This document shows, piece by piece, positions 13,301 through 23,120 of a stretch of 64,000 nucleotides of DNA. Position numbers and translations under genes: made by a program. The notes below the pieces were generated by a model that was not told the DNA's origin, ran no database searches, and saw only the letters and a program-made list of their open reading frames with translations. Within the stretch, counting starts at the first letter, position 1. Every line of letters starts with the position of its first letter. Source of the stretch: Mobula hypostoma. Lineage: Eukaryota. The stretch is taken from NCBI RefSeq assembly GCF_963921235.1, contig NC_086097.1:172176001-172240000 (forward strand), in the 5' to 3' direction.

Positions 13301-13639
13301 TCACCCTCTGAACAGTACTTAGCTATTCCTTTTTTTCACTTGTCATTTATCTTTAGCATTTATAGTAAGTTTAGTGTCTCTGCACTGTACTACTACCAAC
13401 ATCACCGCACTTCACCTCAAATAAACTAGTGATAAGAAATCTGATTCTGATTTCATCTCCTCCCTCCCCCTCACCTTAAAGGCATGACCTCTTGCCCTCC
13501 GGTATTTGATACTTCCGCCCTGGGGGTGATTCTGACAGTCTACCCTCCCTCTGCCTCATGAACCTCCGTCTTGGATGCAGACGGGACACTCAGGCACTCG
13601 GCCCCATATTGTCCAGACAGAATCCCAAGTGTGACTTAC

Positions 13640-14149
13640 CTTCTGCATGTAGTTCTGTCTCCTGTCTTCGTCCAGGACGGAGTAGAGGAAGTCCAGAGCA
13701 GTTGCAAACCCGCTGAGGGAGTGGGCCACCGGTACCTCATCGTTTGGGGCGGCCCGCACCTGCCAGCTGGGGTAAGAGGCCATTCGGTCCAGGTAGGTCA
13801 GAGCAAATTCTAGCGCGGCGGCGTCCTCGGGGAAGAGCAGGCAGTAGAGGGAGAGGACTCCCAGGTTGTTGCCGTACACCTCGTTCCACTTGGCTGAGAA
13901 GCTGGCGTGGTCTGGCGGAGGCAGGTAGAGGCCGGGCTTGGCCAGCATGGTCTTCACGGCTGCCCGGACAGCGCGGCTGATGGAGGAGTGGCTGCCCCGC
14001 GCCTTCTGCCGTAGGCTCCGCACGTCCCGCGCCTCGAAGTACAACAGAGGGTGGGCGGACGGCTGGCCGTCTCCGCTCCGCTGTCCGCTCGCCGCCCCGG
14101 CCAGGCTGAGAGCGGCGGCCAGGAGCAGGAAGAGGGTAGCTTGAGCCAT
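13640..14149 (-). CDS. DSEL: Dermatan-sulfate epimerase-like gene, first coding exon (signal peptide plus N-terminal epimerase domain, 170 codons)
   Basis: ATG at 14149 in strong Kozak context (GACATGG); hydrophobic leader MAQATLFLLLAAALSLAGA; motifs HPLLYF, YLPPPDHASFSAKWNEVYGNNL and DEVPVAHSLSGFATALDFLY match DSE/DSEL; ends at AAG|GTAAGT donor (phase 0). Orthologue versus paralogue status is unresolved. Confidence 0.9.
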
Positions 14150-14236
14150 GTCCCGAGGAGAGGGGGCCCCCGGCCAGAGCACCGGTACTACGCGTAAACT
14201 TTGGCAGCAGATCCTAGGACCCTGTGCTCCTTAACC

Positions 14237-14330
14237 CTCTCCCCCCCCCTTCTCCCCTCTCTCCCCCCCTTCTCCCCTCTCTCCCCCCCTTCTCCCCTCT
14301 CTCCCCCCCTTCTCCCCTCTCTCCTCTCTC
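14237..14330. repeat. 20-bp pure-pyrimidine tandem repeat (CTCCCCCCCTTCTCCCCTCT) x ~4
   Basis: Identical units at 14261, 14281 and 14301 plus a variant at 14241. Confidence 0.9.
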
Positions 14331-15623
14331 CACTTCCTCCGCTCTTTTTCTCTCAACCTCTCTCAATCTGTCTGTCCCTCCTTCCTCCAGCTGTGTGTCC
14401 TTCGCTCTCTCCTCCTATCTATCTCTGCCGCCTCCCCCGGCCACCCGCCCCCCCCCGTGTTTCCTCCCAGCTGCTGTTCTACACCCAGCCTCCTCCTCTC
14501 CTGCAACGTCCCCTCTCTCTCTCGATCGCGTTATATCTGTTGCCTTTCTCCTTCTTTCTTTCAGCCTGCCTCCCTCTGTTTCCTTTCTTCCCCCTTCCGT
14601 CTTCAAGCTCATTCGTCTCCCGTTCTGCCTGTCTCCTCTCTCCTCTCCCTTGTGTTCAGTCAGGCTACCGCACGCTCTTAAGCGTGAGTGCCGTGTTGTT
14701 TGTCGGCCCCCGTCTCCCTGCCCTCCGCTGCGAATGCTAAGTTTGTGGAGAGTGGGGAGCGACGTATGGATCTACTTTTATACCCAGAAAGGTTTTTCTC
14801 TTTATCTATCTGGCCAGCTAGTTATCTCTGTCTCTCGCTATGCTGGGAAATAGCATTTTGTGCTGGAATAAGTATCGCCGCTGCGGCTAGAAACGGTGTC
14901 CGTGACTGGAGATCGCGAGTGTATGTTAGCACTAGGATCTCTGCGATGGGTTTGGGAAGACACGCCGCCTGATAACAGTCTGAAATATGGGAGTGTTGAA
15001 ACGCAGGCTGGATATGTAATTTGTGTGCTGGTAACACTAAGTTCTGAGAGTATTTAAATGCAGACTGGACATGTCGTCTCTGTGTTGGGGGGTGGCGAGA
15101 TCTGTGTGGTGTATGTACACATTTTAAGCGAGAGCAAGATTTGATTCCCACCTCGGGATACCTCATCCCACCACGCGGCTTTTAACACCGGCACGGCCAA
15201 CGAACAAGGATTTCTTGGCAGCTCTAAATACTCCCAGCCAGCTCTCTGGAGATCGTGGCTGGAGGATATCCCGGACAACAGGAGATACTGTCATGGTTTT
15301 TCTGTCCACGGTTCTCCCGCCCCGGAACTTTTCCACCAAGCCAAACTTTTTGTCACACTGGTTAAAGTGCGCACGCGTGTGTGTGAAATTATTTCTCCAA
15401 TGGCCTTCAATCTCCTCTTTATTTTAAAATGCATTTCAGGAAATCCGAGATCAGTCTAACAATTTAAGTAGTCTCGTTGCAAACTTGAATGGTGCGGTCG
15501 GGAGGGCAAACCAGAGGAGGGCGCTGTCGCTGCATTTTCAGAAACCGGGTCAGTGACATCCGATTAGACCTCTGACACCCATCCAATTGTTTTAAGTTAA
15601 AACAATATATTACCACTGTCATG

Positions 15624-15682
15624 CAGTACTACGCAAAAGTCTTGGGCAGATATAGGGTGCCAAAGACTATTGCACAGTACTG
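15624..15682. mobile_element. ~60-bp hairpin MITE (Tc1/mariner-like ends)
   Basis: Imperfect inverted repeats CAGTACTACGCAAAAGTCTTGGGCA / TGCCAAAGACTATTGCACAGTACTG; TA on the right flank. Confidence 0.6.
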
Positions 15683-16065
15683 TATTTGTCAACGTGGAGC
15701 GGAGAGCGAGTTTGCAAGTCAGGCGGGAGCAAGGGTTGCTGGAAATGGCGAGGGTGGAGCGCTGCGAGAGGGGTGTGGTACAGGTGGCAAGAGAAAGAGT
15801 GCCGGGGTTGGGGCGGGGTGGTGGGAGGGTGGCGCGGTGCAGACACAGCCAGCCCTGAGACATCAAGCAAGGTATTTTTGATGTCAAATAGTTAGATTAT
15901 TGATCATTACAGAATGTCTGGTGCTTCCCACTCCCTCCCCTCTCCCTGCAACCTTCCCACTGTCAGTCCACAACAGAGACCCATAGCAGAATCAGGCTTA
16001 TCAGTACTCAAATATGTCATAATTTTTTTTGTGGCAGCAGTACAGTGCAATACATAAAATTACTA

Positions 16066-16126
16066 CAGTACTCTGCAGAAGTCTTAGGCGTCTGAGATAC
16101 ATACGTAAGATATTTGCACAGTACTG
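16066..16126. mobile_element. Second ~60-bp hairpin MITE of the same family
   Basis: TA-CAGTACTCTGCAGAAGTCTTA...TAAGATATTTGCACAGTACTG-TA. Confidence 0.6.
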
Positions 16127-16211
16127 TATGTGGAGAACTGTTTTGTAGCGGTGGTAAATTACTATAAGTAGCAAAAACAAATACATAAAACAAGAGGAAT
16201 AAGGAGGGTTC

Positions 16212-16432
16212 AAGCAACACACATCAAAGTTGCTGGTGAACGCAGCAGGCCAGGCAGCGTCTCTAGGAAGAGGTACAGTCGACGTTTCAGGCCGAGACGA
16301 AGGGTCTCGTCCTGAAACATCGACTGTACCTCTTCCTAGAGATGCTGCCTGGCCTGCTGCGTTCACCAGCAACTTTCATGTGTGTTGCTTGAATTTTCAG
16401 CATCTGCAGAATTCCTGTTGTTTGCATTTTTA
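16212..16432. mobile_element. Fold-back Penelope mini-insertion (near-perfect palindrome) with 14-bp TSD
   Basis: Inverted arms of ~88 bp (both strands translate MLVNAAGQAASLGRGTVDVSGRD); exact AATAAGGAGGGTTC at 16198-16211 and 16433-16446. Confidence 0.85.
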
Positions 16433-16470
16433 AATAAGGAGGGTTCGTGGGCTATTCAGAAAGCTGGTGG

Positions 16471-17755
16471 TCAATTGAATTGAGTTTATTTCTTACATCC
16501 TTCACATACGTGAGGAGTAAAAATCTTTACGTTACGTCTCCGTCTGATTGTGCAATGTGCAGTTTACAGTAATTTGTAATAAATAGTATGTACAGTAAGA
16601 TATACAACAGAACAGTCAACATAGCTTCGAATTGTGTCAGCATGAATTAGTCTGATGGCCTGGTGGAAGAAGCTGTCCCGGAGCCTGTTGGTCCTGGCTT
16701 TAATGCTGCGGTACTTTAATGCTGTTTCCTGGATTGGAGCAGCTGGAACAGTTTGGGTTGGGGTGACTCGGGTCCTTTTTCGGCACCTATCGCTGTAAAT
16801 TTCCTGAACAGTGGGAAGTTCACATCTACAGATGCACTGGGCTGTCCGCACCACTCTCTGCAGAGCCCTGTGATTGAGGGAAGTACAGTTCCCATACCAG
16901 GCAGTGATGCAACCAGTCAGGCTGCTCTCAATTTTGCCCCTGTAGAAAGTTCTTAGGATCTGGCATCTCATGCCAAACCTCTTCAACCGTCTGAGGTGAA
17001 GAAGACGCTGTTGTGCCTTTTTCACCACACAGCCAGTATGTACAGACCGTGTGAGATCCTCAGTGATGTGTATACTGAGGAACTTGAAGCTGTTTGCCCC
17101 CTCAACCCCAGATCCATTGATGTCAATATGGGCTAGCCTGTCTCCGTTCCTCGTATAATTCACAACCAGCTCTTTTGTTTTTGCGATATTGAGGGAGAGG
17201 TTCTTTCCTTGACACCAGTGTCAGCGTGATGACTTCCTCTCTGTAGGCTGCCTCATTATTATTTGAGATTTGGCCAATGGTGAAGTGTCGTCAGCAAATT
17301 TAATTAGCAGATTGGAGCTGTGGGTGGCGACAGTCATGGTTTTACAGAGGGTAAAGGAGGGGGCTTACGACACAGCCCTGGGGGGCTCCTGTGTTGGGGG
17401 TCAGAGGGGCAGAGGTGAGGCAGCCCACTCTCACCACCTGCCAGCGATCTAACAGGAAGTCCAGAATCCAGCTACACAAGGCAGGGTGAAGGCTGAGGTC
17501 TCTGAGGTTCTTGTCAAGCCTGGAGGGAATTATGGAGTTGAATGCTGAACTGTAGTCCAAGAACAGCATTCTCACATGAGCATCCCTCCTCTCCAGGTGT
17601 GTAAGGACGGTGTGTAAAGACTGTGGCTATTGCATCATCTGTCAATCAGTTGTGTCGATAGGAGAATTGTAGGGGGTCTAATGTGAGTAGTAGCAAGCTG
17701 CAGATGTAGTCCGTGACCAACCTCTCAAAGCATTTGCTTATTATTGAGGTGAGTG
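16471..17755 (-). mobile_element. Rex1/Babar-type LINE RT fragment
   Basis: RMLFLDYSSAFNSI, TGAPQGCVVSPLLY, FKFLSIHITEDL and KKAQQRL motifs. Confidence 0.85.
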
Positions 17756-18495
17756 GAGGGGTAAGAGTTGTTCCTGAAATGTCAAATGTGGGTCTTGAGG
17801 CTCAGGTACTGTTCCTCCCTTTCATTGTATTTGTCTCTGTTTCATCTTTCCACAGTGTTTCCTCTCACATCCCAAGGACAGGTGGTTCAGTAGGGTAATG
17901 GCCTCTGTGAAGGAGAGTGGGAGCATCTGGGGGTGTTTGGTGGGAATGAGGGGGGAATAATTGGTGTAGGATGAGTGTAACTGACCGGTTGATGTTGGGT
18001 GCTGAGCAGCCGGCCATGTTTCTGTGCCGTGTCTGTGAGAAAACAGGTCCGGAGTGGGATTCCCACGGTTTGGGATCAGAAGGCAATGGTGGAAGGATTA
18101 AATTTGGGCCACTTGTCTGTTTATTGTCCCATGTTGGCAGCCTGAATGATGGTAGAATCTTTACCCCAGGGTGGAAGTGTCAGATACCACAGAGTGTAGG
18201 TTTAAGGTGTTGGGAGAGAGTATAACGGAGATTTATGAGGCACGTCTTTTATACGAAGAGTAGTAGGTGCCTGGAACATGCGGCCAGGAGAGATGATGGA
18301 AGCAATACGATAGCGGTGCTGCAGAGGCATTTAGACAGACACATGAGCAGGCATGGAATGAAGGGACGCAGACCACTTGCAGGCAGACATTAGTTAGACT
18401 GGCGTCATGGACGGCTGGAAGTGCCTGTTGGTGCTGTACTGTTCTGTCTTCTGTGATTAGGGGCTGGAGGGCTACAGGCAATTGACAAAGGGAAG

Positions 18496-18724
18496 TGTTG
18501 TTTTGTAACTCTAGAAACTAATCAAAAAAAATCAAGGGACTGGTGATAAATGTGTCTGCTTCATTTTTACTTTTAGTAAGGTACGCACTTATGACATGGT
18601 GGCATCCTGATGTATGCCATTCAAGTACTTTTACATTAAACCTATAATAATGAGCAACAAACAATAAAGGAAGCCTTATCAAGTATTATATTTACAATAT
18701 TACTGAAATATTAAATAGACAACA
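18496..18724 (-). mobile_element. Solo LTR of the Gypsy family at 40338-44002
   Basis: TGTTG...CAACA ends; reverse complement aligns to the Gypsy LTRs (atatttcagtaatattgtaa, gaatggcatac, gagttacaaaac); interrupts a CR1 3' tail. Confidence 0.75.
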
Positions 18725-19833
18725 GAGAGGGAATGAGGCCTGGGACAGATCAGCCATGATTGTATGGAATGGCAGGGCAGCCTTGAGGGGCCGAGTGGCC
18801 TCCTGCTCCTACTGCCATTCGGGGTTTCGACCCAATACATTGACAATTCCTTTCCCCCACATCACAGAGTTCCTCCGACAGACTGTTCGTTGTTCCCTTT
18901 CCTAGTTTCTGTATTCCATGTTAACAACGTGCCTTTATAAATGTATGTGGTGTAAAGGCAGTGATGAACGACTGCAGTCCTTCAGTAAAAGTTTATCCAA
19001 AATGGTGCAGAGTGGAGGGTTCCAGGACATCGACTCATAAACCACAGAGAGGTGTAAGGAGTGAAGTAATTGTGATTCGTGCAGAGCTTAAAACCAAGGC
19101 AGAATTGGAAGGACTAAAGCGTCTCACAGGACTGGATGTGGGCACAGAGAAGACATCTGTGGAGGGATGACAAAGCAAGAGAAAGAATTTCAAAGTGCAT
19201 GGCTCCAAGGCATGTGAAATCAAATAATTTGGGTAATGTCTTCATGTTCTTAATATTGAGATAAACAAGTTGCACTCCTTTTCACCAAATATCTCATTAA
19301 AAATAGCAAAAAACATGTTGGACATTTCTGACTGTATCCACAGTTGAGACAGCCTTAGGCATTTATTAACTTGATTAAAAGGACACATTTTGTTTTTCAG
19401 AAAACAGCTCAACTTTTGCGTTCCCTTCCTGACTTTGTTTTAAAATTTACTTTGGAATTTATTTACCCGTCAGAGGGAAGACCTAATCAATCATTTGTCC
19501 AAAAGTCTGAATCTGTATTATGAATGGAAGATGTTTTTGGGTGGGAGGATGTGTTAGGAATCAACAGAAATCTTGCTGGGTAAGGGCACAAGGGAGAAAG
19601 TAAATGACTGTTTGTACTAGTTCCAGGTCTTCCTCTCCAGCACAGATTCTGTTGGATCATTTGTTACATCCATTAGTTAGTGATTCAAAGTAAAACAACC
19701 CAGCATAACCACATTACATAAACGTTTGCAGCCTGCTCCTGTTCTGAGGAATGGTTTGATGCTCAGGATCTGACCGCACAGTGTTGCTCTGTGGTTTACT
19801 CCACACCCCCACTTTGACTCGGCTCCTCTTAAC

Positions 19834-20070
19834 TCGGCACAGTAGCGTAACAGTATTACAGCACAGGCGAATAAGTTTCAATTCCTTCTGCTGTCTGTAA
19901 GGAGTTTGTACATTCTCCCTGTGACCATGTGTGTTTCCTCCGGGTGCTCCGATTTCCTCCCACATTCCAAAGACGTACAGGTTGGTATGTTAATTGGTCA
20001 CGTGGGTGTAATAGGGCAGCTCAAGCTCATTGGGCCAGATGGGCCTGTTACCGTGCTGTCTCTCTAAATT
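19834..20070 (+). mobile_element. V-domain (HE1-like) tRNA-derived SINE
   Basis: GGAGTTTGTACATTCTCCCTGTGACC...TTTCCTCCGGGTGCTCCG.TTTCCTCCCACATTCCAAAGAC core; related copies near 34785-35110 (+) and 59420-59690 (-). Confidence 0.75.
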
Positions 20071-21295
20071 TCACAAAATAGTCTCGCGTATTGTTGCTTC
20101 CTGCCTACCTCATACCCTCTGTCAGGCAGATTCTTTGCCGCTGCCAGTACAGTGCCTCTTTCTGGAATTCCCCTTAGCTCTTGAGTTCAACTGTTGGCTT
20201 TTAGTATGGAATGTTTTCCCAAAAGCCTTTTGAGAAGTTGAGATAGCCAGAATCATCTGAGTTTCTGAAGTACGTTTGGGTTGTTACTGCACCAGTGAGG
20301 ACCCACTGCTGATTGACCTTCATAGGATTATTGATGTACAGATTGCAAAGTACATACAGCATGGCAACAGGTTCATAGCTGAGTCCTGACCCACAGAAAT
20401 CCAATGCTTTCAGCTCTTTAATCAAATACTTTGTCCTTTCTCACTCAGGTAATTACGTACTCACCATTTACTAAATCTCTCTGTTCAAAATGAGTATCAT
20501 ATCCCCACCATTTCCCTGCTGAGGACATTTCACCTGTACAAACAATTGGATCAACTGGCAGGATCACAAGGGACTGCAGGTGCTAGGGTCTGGACAAGGA
20601 AATAAAGAATCACAACTCAAAACATTGACTGTCCATTTCCCTCCAGAGATACTGCCTGGCCCACTGAGTTCCTCCAGTATCTTGTGGGTTGATTAGTGTT
20701 GGTTCTGTATACGTTACATTTACAATGTTCATTTCTGGTCCTGCCTGCAAGTAAACATAGGTGTAAACTCAATCAAACCCTTGTACAATTTTGAACAGCT
20801 TTGGCAGATAAGCCCACAATCTTTCCTTATCCAGAGAACCAAGCTGACACCTCTATATCCTTCCTATAACCTGTAGACCTTATATAGACACACCACTAGT
20901 AAGGCCAACACTTACTGCCCACCATAATTTCTCCATGATGACTGATGATGAGTTGTCCTCTGAATCTCTCTAGCCTGTGTAAGAGCCTTCAGAATACTAT
21001 TGAGTCAGGAATTCCAGGGTTTTGGCCTGGAAGGAACAGTACCATGTTTCTGGCTGGGATGGTGTGTGATTTGGAGGGGAACCTGCAGGTGGTGGAGTGG
21101 GTGTAAATATGGGGATCTTGGGGTCCAGGTCTATAGCTTCCTGAAAGTGGCTGCACAAGTCATTAGGATGGTAAAGAAAGTGAACTTTTCATCCCTCTTC
21201 CCTCCGGGAGAAGGCTCAGGAGCTTGAAGACTCGTGCGGCCAGATTTGGGAACAGCTTCTTTCCAACTGTGATAAGACTGCAGAACGGATCCTGA

Positions 21296-21503
21296 ACACG
21301 AGGAGTTCTGCAGATCCTGGAAATTCAGGCAACACACATGAAAGTTGCTGATGAACGCAGCAGGCCAGGCAGCATCTCTAGGAAGAGGTCTTTCTTTCAG
21401 TTAGGCCTGACGAAGGGTCTCGGCCCGAAACGTTGACTCAGCCTCTTCCTAGAGGTGCTGCCTGGCCTGCTGCATTCACCAGCAGCTTTGATGTGTGTTG
21501 CTT
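21296..21503. mobile_element. Fold-back Penelope mini-insertion with 13-bp TSD
   Basis: Inverted arms; exact GAACGGATCCTGA at 21283-21295 and 21504-21516; sits inside a Rex1-type 3' end. Confidence 0.85.
21403..21438 (+). ncRNA. Minimal hammerhead ribozyme motif
   Basis: AGGC-CUGACGA-A-GGGUCUCGGCCC-GAAA-CG-UU-GACU; intact core and stem II, one mismatch in stem I. Confidence 0.7.
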
Positions 21504-22250
21504 GAACGGATCCTGACCCGGATCTGGGCCGTACCCTCCAAATATCCGGACCTGCCTCTCGGTTTTTTTGCACTACTTTACTTTCCCTTTTCTATTTTCT
21601 GTTTATGATTTATAATTTAAATTTTTAATATTTACTATCAATTTGTACTCCAGGGAGCGCAAAGCGCAGAATTAAATATAGCTGTGATGATTGTACGCTC
21701 TAGTATCAATTGTTCAGCGACAATAAAGTAAAGTAAAGAGAACTTTATTAGTTTAGTTATTGAGTTCAATAATTAGGAAGTTATGTTGCAGCTTTATCAA
21801 TCTCTAGTTCAGCCAGCATTTGGACTATTGTATTCATTTCTGGTCACCGCATTACAGGAAGGCTGCGGAAGCTCTGAAGAGAGAGCAGAAGAAGTTTATC
21901 AGGATGGCGCCTGGATAGGAGTGGGAGAGGCTGAGGGGAGACCTGATAAAAGTTTATGAGAGGGATAACCAAACTCCATTCTTTCCCAGAGAGAAACATT
22001 TAGTTCCAGAGGGCATGCATTTAATGTAAGTGAGTTAAGTTCGAAGGAGAAAGGCTTCAGGAAGGTAGATGTGGAAATGATGTTTCCAATAGTGGGAGAG
22101 TCTAGGACTAGAGGACACAGCCTCAGAATATAAGGACATCTCTTTGAAACAAAGATCAGAAAGAACTACTTTAGCCAGAGGGTGGGTGGTAAATTAGTGG
22201 AATTTATTGCCACAAACTGCTGTAGAGGGCCAAGTCATTAGGTATATTTA

Positions 22251-23120
22251 AAGCAACACACACAAAATGCTGGAGGAATTCAGCAGGTCAGGCAGCATCT
22301 TTGGAAAAAAGTACAGTCAACATTTTTGGCCCAGACCCTTCAGCAGGACTGGAGAAAAAAGCTGAGGAGTAGAGTTTAAAGGCAGTGGGGGGGGGGGGGG
22401 GAGAGAGAGAGAAAAACAATGTGATAAGGTGAAATCTGAAGGGGGAGGAATGAAGTAAAAAGCTGGGAAGTTGATTGGTGAAAGAGATACAGGGCTGGAG
22501 AAGGAGGAGTCTGATAGAAGAGGACAGTCAGCCATGGAAGAAAGAAAAGGTGGGGGAGCACCAGAGGGAGGCGATGGGTGGGCAAGGAGATAAGGTGAGA
22601 GAGAGAAAAGGGGATGGGAAATAGTGAAGGAGAGGGGGGTGGGGAAGGGGCATTACCAGAAGTTCGAGAAATCGATGTTCATGCCATCAGGTTGGAGGCT
22701 ACCCAAACAGAATATAAGGTGTTGTTCCTCCAACCTGAGTGTGGCCTCATCACAACAGTGGAGGAGGCTATGGATGGACATAATGGAATGGGAATGGGAA
22801 GTGGAGTTAAAATGGGTGGCCACTGGGACATCCCGCTTCCTCTGGCGTTCGGCAAACGGGTCTCCCAATCTATATTGGGCCTCAGCAATATACAGGAGGC
22901 CATCTGGAGCACTGGACACAGTAAATGACCCCAACCGACTCACAAGTGAAGAGTCACCTCACCTGGAAGGACTGTTTGGGGCCCTGAATGGTAGTGAGAG
23001 AGTAGGTGAAGCACTTGTCCTGTTTGCAAGGATAAGTGCCAGGAGGGAGATCAGTGGGGAGGGATGAATGGACAAGGGAGCCACGTAGGGCGCGATCCCT
23101 GCAGAAAGTGGGGGAGAGGG
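22251..23120 (-). mobile_element. Penelope-like 3' fragment (GIY-YIG end plus terminal repeat)
   Basis: ORF 22653-22943 LLYIAE..RLGDPFAE..PVATHFN..RLEEQHLIFCLGSLQPDGMNIDF; hammerhead core mutated. Confidence 0.85.

Larger units (their letters stand above)
13640..15340. promoter_or_regulatory. CpG-island-like 5' region / probable promoter of the DSEL-like gene
   Basis: GC- and CpG-rich stretch over exon 1 and upstream, in a window that is otherwise CpG-depleted; free of LINE fragments. Confidence 0.6.

Noticed and set aside
13556..14182. ORF-track limits of the DSEL-like exon (GTG start at 14182, run-on to 13556)
   Set aside because: ATG at 14149 has Kozak context and begins the signal peptide; homology stops at the GTAAGT donor at 13639
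14201..14853. 179-aa and 209-aa plus-strand ORFs rich in Pro/Ser/Leu
   Set aside because: Translation of a pyrimidine-rich low-complexity tract that lacks stop codons by composition
16001..16433. Two ORFs with identical N-termini on opposite strands as a duplicated gene
   Set aside because: Artefact of the palindromic Penelope insertion
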